Below are positions 39,356 through 49,014 of a stretch of 64,000 nucleotides of DNA, piece by piece. The position numbers and the translations under genes were made by a program. The stretch spans positions 21,239-85,238 of the forward strand of contig JBLHYG010000019.1 in NCBI GenBank assembly GCA_047630755.1, in the 5' to 3' direction. This DNA is from Crocinitomicaceae bacterium. Lineage in GTDB: Bacteria; Bacteroidota; Bacteroidia; Flavobacteriales_D; Crocinitomicaceae. The notes beneath the pieces were generated by a model. The model worked only from the letters and a program-made list of their open reading frames with translations. It was not told where the DNA came from and searched no databases. How positions within the stretch are numbered: the first letter of the stretch is position 1; the number at the start of each line of letters is the position of its first letter.

Positions 39356-39907
39356 ATGCTTATAGCCCAACAAAAGAAGAGTGAAAACATCGCCGAGTAC
39401 ATTTTATACATGTACCAAGTTGAAGATATCATTCGCGCTTTTAAATTTGATTTAGATGCCATTCTAGCGAATTACGTTGAACCTCAATTGCCAGATTCAT
39501 CTTTTATGAATCAATACAGGGCGTGGTATACGTCGTTGATTCAACAAATGAAATCTCAGAAAATCGAGAAAACAGGCCATTTGATGGATACTCAAGAAAT
39601 TATGATTGAGCTTTCTTATTTGCACAATACGTTGTTAAACATGACCAAAGACGAGAAGTACATCGCCTTGTTCGATGTTGCAGCAAAGAACATTGATGAG
39701 CTAAAGGCAAAATCAGACCTGAAGGAAAAAAATCATGTAGAGATCGCGTTCCATGGAATGTACATGAAATTGCTTTTGAAACTTCAGAAAAAAGAGATTA
39801 GCCCAGAAACAGAAGAAGCGTTCGATTCCATGCGAATAATGCTTGCCTATTTAGGCCGAGGGTATCATAAAATGAAGGCAGGAGATTTGGACTTTCTTCA
39901 GAATTAA
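39356..39907 (+). CDS. hypothetical protein (DUF4924-like, commonly next to OmpH genes in Bacteroidota)
   Basis: 183 aa, helical. The family assignment is from memory only. Confidence 0.45.
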   Translation: MLIAQQKKSENIAEYILYMYQVEDIIRAFKFDLDAILANYVEPQLPDSSFMNQYRAWYTSLIQQMKSQKIEKTGHLMDTQEIMIELSYLHNTLLNMTKDEKYIALFDVAAKNIDELKAKSDLKEKNHVEIAFHGMYMKLLLKLQKKEISPETEEAFDSMRIMLAYLGRGYHKMKAGDLDFLQN

Positions 39908-41307
39908 AATATTTTTCCTGGATTCAGAATTCCTTTTGGATCGAATACCGTTTTAATTGAACGCATCAAGTCAAGCGATTTTTCGCTGAATGGAATGTCC
40001 ATGTATTGCTTTTGTACCAGGCCAATTCCGTGTTCGCCAGAAAGTGTTCCTCCCAAATTAACCACTTCTTTGAAAAGCTCTCGAATTGCAATTGGCAATT
40101 GATTGTTCCATTGATCATCGCTCAAATTTCCTTTAATGATATTGATGTGGAGATTACCATCACCTGCGTGCCCGTAACAAACAGATTTGAATCCGTATTT
40201 CTTTCCAATGCGTTTAACGTGTCTTAACAACGTTGGAAGCTCATACCTCGGTACGACTGTGTCTTCTTCCTTATAAATGGAATTCGCTTTTACAGCTTCC
40301 CCAACGGATCTTCTCAGCTTCCACAGTTTGTCTTTTTGAGCTTGAGATTCAGCAAATAGAATTTCATCTGTTTCAAAATCTTCTAAAACTTCAACGATCT
40401 TGGAACATTCATCCATTAATTTCTCTGGATCAAATCCATCAACTTCGATTAACAAATGAGCGGCGTGCGTGTCTTTTATTTCAATTGAATTGTCATTAAG
40501 AAAGTCGCGCGTCCAAATCAAAGCATCGCGCTCCATGAATTCTATACCACTTGGTGTAATTCCATTTTTAAATAGTGCCGCGACCGATTTACAAGCGTCA
40601 TCCGAGCTAAAGAACGGAACGAGCATTAATAAATCGTGAGTAGGGTGTGGGATGAGTTTTAAGACGATTTTTGTAATGATTCCTAATGTTCCCTCAGAGC
40701 CAATTAAAAGCTGTGTTAGATTGTATCCTGTCGCATTTTTTAGAACGTTTGCTCCTGTCCAAATTATTTCTCCAGTCGGAAGAACAACTTCAAGGTTCAA
40801 AACATATTCGTTCGTGACTCCATATTTAACAGCTTTGGGGCCGCCAGAGTTTTCTGCAACATTACCTCCAATGAAACAACTTCCTTTGCTGGCAGGATCG
40901 GGGGGGTAGAACAGTCCTTTTTCCTTTACGGCCTCCTGAAGAACTTGCGTTATGACACCAGGTTCTGTTGTAACTTGATTATTGTTCTCGTCAATGGATA
41001 AAATTTTATTGAACTTTTCCATTGACAAAGCAACGCCTCCGTGAGAGGGAATGGCTCCTCCACTAAGTCCTGTTCTTGCACCGCTTGGTGTCACGCAAAT
41101 CGAATTTTCGCTGCAATACTTTAAAATAGATGAGATTTCCTTAGCAGAATTCGGTTTTAAGACAACTGAAGGTAAAATAGATATGTCTTCGGTTTCATCA
41201 TGACTGTAGGTTTTCAATGCATCATCGTCAGTATGCACATCTGATGGAATAATAGAATTGAAATACGAAATATCTTCTTGAGCTATTGTTTTAAAAGCGT
41301 TTTGCAT
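39904..41307 (-). CDS. FAD-linked oxidase (GlcD / D-lactate dehydrogenase family)
   Basis: FAD-binding PCMH domain (CVTPSGARTGLSGGAIP) and C-terminal FAD-oxidase domain ending NPGKIF; 467 aa. Confidence 0.85.
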   Translation of the reverse strand: MQNAFKTIAQEDISYFNSIIPSDVHTDDDALKTYSHDETEDISILPSVVLKPNSAKEISSILKYCSENSICVTPSGARTGLSGGAIPSHGGVALSMEKFNKILSIDENNNQVTTEPGVITQVLQEAVKEKGLFYPPDPASKGSCFIGGNVAENSGGPKAVKYGVTNEYVLNLEVVLPTGEIIWTGANVLKNATGYNLTQLLIGSEGTLGIITKIVLKLIPHPTHDLLMLVPFFSSDDACKSVAALFKNGITPSGIEFMERDALIWTRDFLNDNSIEIKDTHAAHLLIEVDGFDPEKLMDECSKIVEVLEDFETDEILFAESQAQKDKLWKLRRSVGEAVKANSIYKEEDTVVPRYELPTLLRHVKRIGKKYGFKSVCYGHAGDGNLHINIIKGNLSDDQWNNQLPIAIRELFKEVVNLGGTLSGEHGIGLVQKQYMDIPFSEKSLDLMRSIKTVFDPKGILNPGKIF

Positions 41308-41570
41308 GGCTTAAAAATACTCAAAATGCGAGAGTTTTGCATGTGGTTACAAATTAAGGTTTGCCAGAGTTTGTTTTTTACCACAAAGACGCAAATCGCT
41401 TATGGCTTTGCCAAGAGCTGACACAATTATATCGAATGATGGATATGGACACAAGGCTTTCCAGCCCTAAAGGTCTGCTAGTGTCTAACTCTAACAACTG
41501 CATCAAATAGTGTCCTGGTGTCCTAGTGGTAAAACTCTTTTCAGGTCTGCGGCAAAAAAAGAAACAAGCA

Positions 41571-41604
41571 AAAAAATCCCCGTTTCAGCCAAGCCAAAAC
41601 GGGG
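41571..41604 (-). terminator. rho-independent terminator downstream of the OmpA-family gene
   Basis: CCCCGTTT-CAGCCAAGCC-AAAACGGGG hairpin. On the minus strand it is followed by a T-run (the complement of the AAAAAA at 41571-41576). Confidence 0.6.
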
Positions 41605-41635
41605 AATTCATAAATTCTAATTTTTTCTTAAAATT

Positions 41636-43705
41636 CTAATTCGATTTAATCTCGAATTCAGTTCTTCTATTCTCTTGTCTTCCTGTCGAAGTGCCATTTG
41701 TTGCAATCGGCAAGCTTGAACCATATCCTTCCGCTGTTAGACGTCCAGTGTCAATTCCTTTTGACTTAAGATAATTTACAACCGCTTGCGCTCTATCTTG
41801 AGAAAGAGATTCATTTAACTTGGCAGAACCCGTGTTATCCGTGTGTCCTGAAATTTCAATTTTCAAAGCAGGAACATCTATCAATAGTTTGACCAAACGA
41901 TCCAACTCTCTGTTTGAAGTGCTTCTCAAAGTCGACTTTCCGGTATCAAAGAAGATATTACGCAGTGCAATTTTACTTCCAACAGCGATGTTTTTCAATT
42001 CAATAACCTTGTTGACAAGGTTGTCTCCACTTCCTGTTGGAATATCGAAGTTCTCAGAGTGAAATAAATACCCTTCTGCCTTAACGGCAATTCCGTAATT
42101 CTTACCTGATGCTAGCGTGATAATGAACTTACCCGTTGCGCTGTTTGTCGTAAAGGTTTCGATTAAATTTCCTGTAGCGTTGTCAGTAATCTCGATTTCA
42201 GATTCAACTGGAGCCTTCGTCATTGCATCAATCGTTTTACCTTTAAAAACAGTAAATGATTTCTTTTTAACTTCAACCGTTGTTTCAATTGCGTTGTCCT
42301 TAATTGGGTTTACGATAGATGCCAATAAGTAATCCTCTGTTTCCATCGCTGGAGTTTTTGGTGGTCCAAAGAAAGTTACTTTGTATATATCATATCCACC
42401 TGATCCGCCTTCTCTATTTGAAGCGATATAGGCGTATTTTCCATTTGCCGTCGCGGAAAAGAAGAAATCGTCGTAAGGCGTGTTGATTGGGTATCCCATG
42501 TTTACCGGTTCTGACCAAGACCCTTTGCTTCCTCTTGAAACAAAAATGTCATAACCTCCATAAGACCCTTTTCCTTGTGATGCGATGTACATCGTTTCAC
42601 CGTCGATTGCAACATAGATTGGTCCTTCATTGAACTTACTGTTTACAGAAGATATCATTGTTGCAGCCATGTAGTTCTTTGTGATTTTACTCTGCATCGA
42701 ACTGTACATTATTTCAAACCCATTTGAACGCGTTGCGTTGTCTCGGCCAAAATAAATACTCCATCCATCAGCACTGTATGCACCATATACATCGTTAGTA
42801 CGAGGCGAAGAAATTGCGTGGGGTAGAATTTCAGGTGATCCCCATGTAGCGCCTTTCAGTTTGCTTTCAAAGATGTCCATGTTTCCATCGTTGTATCGGT
42901 GCAAAAGCATTTTTGTCCCGTCATAACTCAAGTTGTTTGAAATCTCATCCGCTTCAGTATTGACTCCACCTTTTAATGCTTGAGGAGCACTCCATTTCCC
43001 TCCGGAAACCGTAGATGAATAAATGTCTTTGTCATACGTTCCTGATTCACTTTTTGCATGCCCGTTTGGACGGTCAGAGGTGTAAATGATCTCACCTCCG
43101 TCTGTTGTTACAGCTGGCCCGAAGTCATTGTACTCAGTGTTAAGTTCGTTGACGTTATCAACCCAAGCTCGGATCGGTGACGCAATACCAGCCTTTGCAG
43201 CAGCACATTCTTTTTTACGTTTTTCAACGAATTTAGAAAAATCATCTGCTTTTTTATACGCCTCGTTGAATCCGTTGTATGCTGTTATCGCCTCAGTAAA
43301 TTTGCCGTCCAATTGCAAAGCAACACCATAATAATAAAGCATGAATTCATCGCATTCAGGATCTAATTTGTGCGCTTTGTTTAAGTATGCAATAGATTTG
43401 TTGCTGTAAGGGGAGTTCGCGTGACAAACACCGATTTTGAAATTTAACAATCCATTGTCCGGGTTGAACTTTTGTGCGATTTCGTATTTGATGAGCGCCA
43501 ATTCGTAATTGTGTCCCGGTCCTTTTACAGCGAAAAAAGCTTCGTTTCCAAGCTCGAAAAATTCGTCACCTGCCTTGATTGCTTCGTTGGCTGCTTTAAG
43601 GCCATCTTTATCGTCTTTGAAATTCGCCGCTTTAAATTCTATGTTCTGCGCACCTACGATATAGGCAAGAGAAACGAAAACGACAGTTAATATATTTTTA
43701 AACAT
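41636..43705 (-). CDS. OmpA-family protein with N-terminal TPR-like, central PD40/beta-propeller-like and C-terminal OmpA domains
   Basis: Signal peptide present. The C-terminal OmpA-like peptidoglycan-binding block is NIFFDTGKSTLRSTSNRELDRLVKLL...GHTDNTGSAKLNESLSQDRAQAV; 689 aa. Confidence 0.8.
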   Translation of the reverse strand: MFKNILTVVFVSLAYIVGAQNIEFKAANFKDDKDGLKAANEAIKAGDEFFELGNEAFFAVKGPGHNYELALIKYEIAQKFNPDNGLLNFKIGVCHANSPYSNKSIAYLNKAHKLDPECDEFMLYYYGVALQLDGKFTEAITAYNGFNEAYKKADDFSKFVEKRKKECAAAKAGIASPIRAWVDNVNELNTEYNDFGPAVTTDGGEIIYTSDRPNGHAKSESGTYDKDIYSSTVSGGKWSAPQALKGGVNTEADEISNNLSYDGTKMLLHRYNDGNMDIFESKLKGATWGSPEILPHAISSPRTNDVYGAYSADGWSIYFGRDNATRSNGFEIMYSSMQSKITKNYMAATMISSVNSKFNEGPIYVAIDGETMYIASQGKGSYGGYDIFVSRGSKGSWSEPVNMGYPINTPYDDFFFSATANGKYAYIASNREGGSGGYDIYKVTFFGPPKTPAMETEDYLLASIVNPIKDNAIETTVEVKKKSFTVFKGKTIDAMTKAPVESEIEITDNATGNLIETFTTNSATGKFIITLASGKNYGIAVKAEGYLFHSENFDIPTGSGDNLVNKVIELKNIAVGSKIALRNIFFDTGKSTLRSTSNRELDRLVKLLIDVPALKIEISGHTDNTGSAKLNESLSQDRAQAVVNYLKSKGIDTGRLTAEGYGSSLPIATNGTSTGRQENRRTEFEIKSN

Positions 43706-43718
43706 GATAATCTAAGTT

Positions 43719-44819
43719 TTAGTTTCCGCAGTTTCCAGCGTAATAAATTTTACCCATTTCAGATCCAAGTTCTTTGGCTTTTAACCAATCTTCACAAGCA
43801 CCATTCATATCTCTAAGCATCTCTTTGGCCATTCCACGGTTAACATATGCGGCAGCGTTTTCTTGATCCATCTTAATTGCTTTGTTTGCCATGTCAAGCG
43901 CTTTTTTGTAGTCTTCTTTCTTGAAGTAAATTCCGCTCAAGTTCGCTGCTGCTGGAGAATAATCCGACTTTACACTTAGTGCTTTTTCGAAATCTTTGAT
44001 CGCTTCACTTAATCTGTTCTGATTCATTTGAACTACGCCTCTGTTGTTGTAGGCCAAATGAAAATTCGCATCAATTGAAATTGCTCTACTAAAAGAAGCC
44101 AAGGCATCATCATATTTTTTCAATTTTGATTGAGTTGTTCCCATATTGTTCAATACGAACGCCATGTTTGGATTCTTTCGAATAGCTGCCTGATAATCTA
44201 CAAGTGCCTTTGTATAGTCTCCCTTCATTCGATAGGATGATCCTCTGTCGTTTAATGCATTTGCACTTCCACCATCTAAGTCAATACTTTTTGTAAAGAA
44301 TTTTACGGCAGCATCATAATCTTGTTGTAGAAATCGAAGCGTCGCGTAGTTGTAATAGGCTTTCGGATTGGTTGCATCCAATGCTATTGATTTTTCATAA
44401 TCCGTTTCCGCTTTCAAATAATCATTCAATCCTTGATAGGATCGACCTCTTTGGAAGAAGGCCTTGGAATATCCTGATTTTAATTCAATCAATTTCGTAA
44501 GTGTTTTTACACCGTCGGCAAATTTTTCCGATTCATTTTCTGCGACGCCTTTGTTGTAATAGGCAGCGGTAAAGTTAGGATCGAATTCGATTGATTTTCT
44601 GAACTCATTAATAGCCGCTTCAAACTTTTTAGCGCCGAAATACTCAATTCCTTTGTTATAGGCTTCTTGGCTATTGGCGACTGTAGCGTTTTCTAAGTTC
44701 AGTGCGGTAATTGAATCTTTGTAAGCTTGTTCTTCGGGAGTTAAATCCTCAGGTTGGGAAAAAGCATAGGAACTGACTACCAGACAAAGTAAGGTAATCA
44801 TCGTTTTTGGTTGCATCAC
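43719..44819 (-). CDS. tetratricopeptide-repeat protein
   Basis: Signal peptide plus about 8 TPR units (AYYNKG, AFFQRGRSY, ALNDRGSSY, AYNNRGVV, AYVNRGMA). Confidence 0.8.
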   Translation of the reverse strand: MMQPKTMITLLCLVVSSYAFSQPEDLTPEEQAYKDSITALNLENATVANSQEAYNKGIEYFGAKKFEAAINEFRKSIEFDPNFTAAYYNKGVAENESEKFADGVKTLTKLIELKSGYSKAFFQRGRSYQGLNDYLKAETDYEKSIALDATNPKAYYNYATLRFLQQDYDAAVKFFTKSIDLDGGSANALNDRGSSYRMKGDYTKALVDYQAAIRKNPNMAFVLNNMGTTQSKLKKYDDALASFSRAISIDANFHLAYNNRGVVQMNQNRLSEAIKDFEKALSVKSDYSPAAANLSGIYFKKEDYKKALDMANKAIKMDQENAAAYVNRGMAKEMLRDMNGACEDWLKAKELGSEMGKIYYAGNCGN

Positions 44820-44933
44820 GTTGATAGAGTTTAATTAATTAGCAAATCCAAAATACAAACTTTGTGCCGAAGAACGAGAAGAAGTTATTAACAACTAGAA
44901 GAATTAGTATCTTTAATGTCTTAAATAAAGAAA

Positions 44934-46142
44934 ATGTCAAAGGAAGTGTTTATAGTAGATGGAATTAGAACTCCAATTGGAAATTTTGGAGGAACGTTGG
45001 GTCCGATTAGAACCGATGATTTAGGAGCTCTTGTAATTAAGGAGTTAATGAATAGAAACGCGAACATCGATCCAATGTTGATCGAAGACGTGATTTTTGG
45101 TTGCGCAAATCAAGCTGGAGAGGACAACAGGAATGTTGCCAGAATGAGTGGTTTACTTGCTGGGTTGCCGTGGCAGGTTGGCGGAGAGACTGTGAATCGT
45201 CTTTGTGCTTCTGGAATGTCATCTACTATTAACGCTTCAAGAGCAATAAAAGATGGAGCCGGAGATATCTATATTTCAGGCGGAGTTGAAAACATGACAC
45301 GTGGTCCATGGGTTATTTCTAAAGTTTCAAAACCATTTGGAAGAGATGCTCAAATGCATGATTCTTCTTTTGGATGGAGGTTTGTAAACCCTAAAATGGA
45401 AGAGCTTTATGGTGCAGATGGAATGGGTGTAACGGCAGAAAATCTTGTTGAAAAATATGGGATTGACCGTGAGTCACAAGATCAGTTTTCAATGTGGTCA
45501 CAACAAAAAGCGACTGCAGCGATTAAATCGGGTCGATTTGCAGAGGAAATTATGGCCGTTTCAATTCCCCAAAGAAAAAAAGATCCAATCATTTTTGATA
45601 CAGATGAATTTGTACGTTCAAATACAACAATGGAAACATTGGGTGGGCTTCGACCTGCCTTTAGAAAGGATGGTTCAGTAACTGCTGGAAATGCGTCAGG
45701 ATTAAATGATGGGGCAGCAGCTTTATTGATTGCTTCCGAAGATGCTATAAATAAACATGGGATGAAGCCATTGGCTAGAATTGTTGGAGCTGCAGTTGCA
45801 GGCGTTGAGCCTCGAATAATGGGGATAGGACCTGTTTATGCTTCACAAAAAGTTTTGGAAAGAACAGGTTTGACGCTAGACCAAATGGATGTTTTGGAAT
45901 TGAATGAGGCCTTTGCAGCGCAAGTTTTAGCATGTACAAGAAAATTAAACCTTGAAGACAATGATCCAAGAATAAATCCAAATGGTGGAGCGATCGCTTT
46001 AGGACATCCATTAGGGATGACTGGAGCTAGAATTCTTCATAGTGCGGCTCTTGAATTGCAAAAATCGAATAAGCGTTATGCACTTGTTACCATGTGCATT
46101 GGTGTAGGTCAAGGTTACGCGACTATTTTAGAAAAAGCATAA
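44934..46142 (+). CDS. acetyl-CoA C-acyltransferase (thiolase)
   Basis: Active-site Cys block [10 protein letters not shown] and C-terminal [20 protein letters not shown]...CIGVGQG thiolase signatures; 402 aa. Confidence 0.88.
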   Translation: MSKEVFIVDGIRTPIGNFGGTLGPIRTDDLGALVIKELMNRNANIDPMLIEDVIFGCANQAGEDNRNVARMSGLLAGLPWQVGGETVNRLCASGMSSTINASRAIKDGAGDIYISGGVENMTRGPWVISKVSKPFGRDAQMHDSSFGWRFVNPKMEELYGADGMGVTAENLVEKYGIDRESQDQFSMWSQQKATAAIKSGRFAEEIMAVSIPQRKKDPIIFDTDEFVRSNTTMETLGGLRPAFRKDGSVTAGNASGLNDGAAALLIASEDAINKHGMKPLARIVGAAVAGVEPRIMGIGPVYASQKVLERTGLTLDQMDVLELNEAFAAQVLACTRKLNLEDNDPRINPNGGAIALGHPLGMTGARILHSAALELQKSNKRYALVTMCIGVGQGYATILEKA

Positions 46143-46180
46143 AGACCAACCTAATAGGAACTAAATACGTCATAGAGATA

Positions 46181-47779
46181 ATGAAATATTCACTATTTAT
46201 ACTGCTGCTAATTACCCTTTTCACTTCTTGTAAAAAAGAGCAAACAGTATGGGAATCCGACTGGAGTGCGCCAGTCATTAATGATACCTTGACTTTAGCG
46301 AATTTGGTTAATGATTCTACATTGGCTGAGAATTCAGGATTCTATGAGTTGGGACTGACCCGGACGCTGTTCGATTTGGAAATAAATGAAGTTGTTAAGA
46401 TTCCAGACACAACCATTAATGAGCAATTTACCAATGGAAGTATTGATAATTGGGCAATTAATCCTGGAACCACTATTTTCCCTCCGGGAGTAATTACATC
46501 GGATGAGCACGTTCTAGAATTAGAAGATATTCAACTAAAAAAAATCACACTCAAAGGAGGGGTGATAAAGCTTAGAATAGAAAATCCATTGGCGCTTAAC
46601 GCAAGTCTTATATTAGATCTGCCTGGGTTTACAAAGAATGGTGTCCCTTTTAATCAGTCGCATCCTATTGTAATGGGAAGTGTTAGTTCACCTGGGATTT
46701 CTGAGCAAATAATTGATTTGACTGGATATACAATTGACTTGACAGGACAATCAGGAACGGACTACAATACTTTTGTCTCAGATGTTGATGTAATTGCCGA
46801 TCCAAATGGTGTGCAAACCAATTTTGGAAACGAACATACCGTTGTTGTTAAAGCAACATTTAGTGATATAATAGTTAGTTATGCGCAAGGCTACTTCGGA
46901 AGTCGTTTGATTTCAGATATTGTTGATGTTGATCTTTCTGCTCTTGATATTTATGAAAGTGGGGCCATTGATTTATCAACGTTGTCGTTATCGTTCGGTA
47001 TTGAAAACGGAATAAAGGTAGGAGCTGAAGGTGTTTTAAATTCAATCTCGAATGAAAATGCACTCGGAACTGTTGTTAGTCTGACTGGAGGTGGAATTGG
47101 AAATGCCTTTAACATCGACCCAGCAACTGGGACATGGAATACGCTAACCCCATCGATTAACACTCTTAATTTTACATCTGGCAATAGTAATATTGAAGCT
47201 TACTTGGAGAACCTAGGGACAAAACACACGGTGGATTACAGTATTCAATTGAACCCTTGGGGAAATACTTCAGGGTCCTGGGATGAAATTTATCCAAGTA
47301 GCGCCTTGAAAGTTAAGTTGTATGCACAAATGCCACTCGTAATTGGATTGAATAACTTAATTCTAAAGGATACGTTTGAGGTTGATTTAGTTCAAAGTCC
47401 TGAGAAGACTCGAATTCTTTCAGGTGAGCTTATTTTAAACACGAGTAATGCATTTCCGTTTTCGGCGGACGTGAGTATTATGCTTCTCGATGCTAATGGA
47501 AACTTATTACATACTGTGAATGGATCGGAAAAAATCGAAGCAGCTCAATTCGGAAGTTTTGATACCAATCATAATTTGAATGTCGCTGAATCGGAAGTCC
47601 ATTTTATTCTTTCTAAAAATGTTGTATCAGACCTCAGTGATGTAAAGTTTGTGTTGGTTAAATCCCACTTCAATTCGATGGATCCAATGACAATGGTAAA
47701 CGAACAAATGATTATTCCAGTTGGAGCTTTCTTAAGTGTTAAGCTCAAGACGAAATTCAAATCCGAAAATAGATTTTGA
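46181..47779 (+). CDS. hypothetical lipoprotein, about 532 aa
   Basis: The ORF track starts at 46094 and overlaps the thiolase. The internal Met gives MKYSLFILLLITLFTSCKKEQ, a lipoprotein signal. No family recognised. Its stop overlaps the next gene by 4 bp. Confidence 0.6.
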   Translation: MKYSLFILLLITLFTSCKKEQTVWESDWSAPVINDTLTLANLVNDSTLAENSGFYELGLTRTLFDLEINEVVKIPDTTINEQFTNGSIDNWAINPGTTIFPPGVITSDEHVLELEDIQLKKITLKGGVIKLRIENPLALNASLILDLPGFTKNGVPFNQSHPIVMGSVSSPGISEQIIDLTGYTIDLTGQSGTDYNTFVSDVDVIADPNGVQTNFGNEHTVVVKATFSDIIVSYAQGYFGSRLISDIVDVDLSALDIYESGAIDLSTLSLSFGIENGIKVGAEGVLNSISNENALGTVVSLTGGGIGNAFNIDPATGTWNTLTPSINTLNFTSGNSNIEAYLENLGTKHTVDYSIQLNPWGNTSGSWDEIYPSSALKVKLYAQMPLVIGLNNLILKDTFEVDLVQSPEKTRILSGELILNTSNAFPFSADVSIMLLDANGNLLHTVNGSEKIEAAQFGSFDTNHNLNVAESEVHFILSKNVVSDLSDVKFVLVKSHFNSMDPMTMVNEQMIIPVGAFLSVKLKTKFKSENRF

Positions 47780-49014
47780 AAATGATAAAAGTGTATTTAA
47801 CTACAGTTTTTACGACGGTAATAATCGCTAGTAGTTCTTGGGCTCAGATGCAGACCAACTCATACGATTCTATTGAATACAACCATCAGATTATTTTGAA
47901 TGGTACTGGTGATTATAGCGCATCAGGAATTGAAAATGGAATCACATCTAAGTTTGTCAGAGGAGGGTTTATTGATGATCAAATGAAAGATGCCTCTTTC
48001 GATAAACATGGGGCCATCAATAGAGTAGGAGTTGACTTGAGTGGTGAGTTGATATATAGAAATTTCGGAACAAAGATATTCAAGAATAAAAATTGGGGGA
48101 TGCAATTCCAAGGCGGCTATTACACATTTGGAGGGGCGTTGTACTCGAAGGACTTATACGGTTTGGCCTTTTATGGGAACGGAGGGTATGTTGGCGATAC
48201 CATGAATATGTCTGGATCCGATTTGAGTCTGGTCTCGTTTCAGAAAATTGGTTTTGGATTCGTTGATGCGAAATCAAAATCGAGCGTGATCTTTAATATT
48301 TACAATATCAGCAATCGAGTGAGTGCAGATTTCCGAGACTTGGAAATAGCACAATCCGCTGATGGCATGAATGTAGACCTTTTAATGGATGGTGAGGTTG
48401 AAATGGGACAAAACAACAAATTCAGTCAAGGAATTGGTTTTGGATTTGATGTTGACTTTAGATTAACAGTAGCTTGGTATAAGAAACGCAATGCTAAGAT
48501 TCAGTTCATGGCGAAAAACATTGGATTCGGCTACATGCACGAAAGTCAGAAACGTTATAGTTTTGACACAACGTTCAATTACAGTGGATTCAAATTTGAA
48601 CAGATAATTGGCGACAACGCCATTCTTGCTGAAAGCGTTAATTTGTTGGATACCCTGGGAATTCATTCCACAGATGTCAATCCTGTTTTTATGCTGCCCG
48701 GTTACCTTCAAGTAGGAAAAATGATTGATAACAATAGCGAATATAAATTGCAATCGTTTTTTGGTGTGCGTGTTTACCCGTCTTTGATTTACAGCCCTTA
48801 TATTTTTGCTGGAGCAAATTACAAACCTTTGGATTGGTTGAATGTCGGAGCTAGTGTGTCTTATGGTGGGTTTGCAGGGCTTAGAGCTGGACTTTACAGT
48901 AATCTTTCTTTTGACAAATTCAAAATGGGAATAGGTACTGACAACTTCATTGGAATGGTCAGTAAAAAAGGAAATGGTCAATCATTATATCTTAAACTAC
49001 AATGCACAATTTAA
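47776..49014 (+). CDS. hypothetical outer-membrane-like beta-rich protein
   Basis: Signal peptide MKMIKVYLTTVFTTVIIASSSWAQ. Gly/Tyr/Phe-rich alternating pattern; 412 aa. It is translationally coupled to both flanking genes. Confidence 0.6.
   Translation: MKMIKVYLTTVFTTVIIASSSWAQMQTNSYDSIEYNHQIILNGTGDYSASGIENGITSKFVRGGFIDDQMKDASFDKHGAINRVGVDLSGELIYRNFGTKIFKNKNWGMQFQGGYYTFGGALYSKDLYGLAFYGNGGYVGDTMNMSGSDLSLVSFQKIGFGFVDAKSKSSVIFNIYNISNRVSADFRDLEIAQSADGMNVDLLMDGEVEMGQNNKFSQGIGFGFDVDFRLTVAWYKKRNAKIQFMAKNIGFGYMHESQKRYSFDTTFNYSGFKFEQIIGDNAILAESVNLLDTLGIHSTDVNPVFMLPGYLQVGKMIDNNSEYKLQSFFGVRVYPSLIYSPYIFAGANYKPLDWLNVGASVSYGGFAGLRAGLYSNLSFDKFKMGIGTDNFIGMVSKKGNGQSLYLKLQCTI

Noticed and set aside
41490-41560. 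tRNA-like D-loop string CCTAGTGGTAAAAC
   Set aside because: No matching acceptor stem, anticodon arm or GTTCRAATC T-loop can be built around it. It is not a tRNA.
46094-46180. ORF-track start at 46094 for the 561-aa lipoprotein
   Set aside because: That start overlaps the thiolase 3' end and yields a charged N-terminus with no signal. The internal Met at 46181 gives a proper lipoprotein signal peptide.
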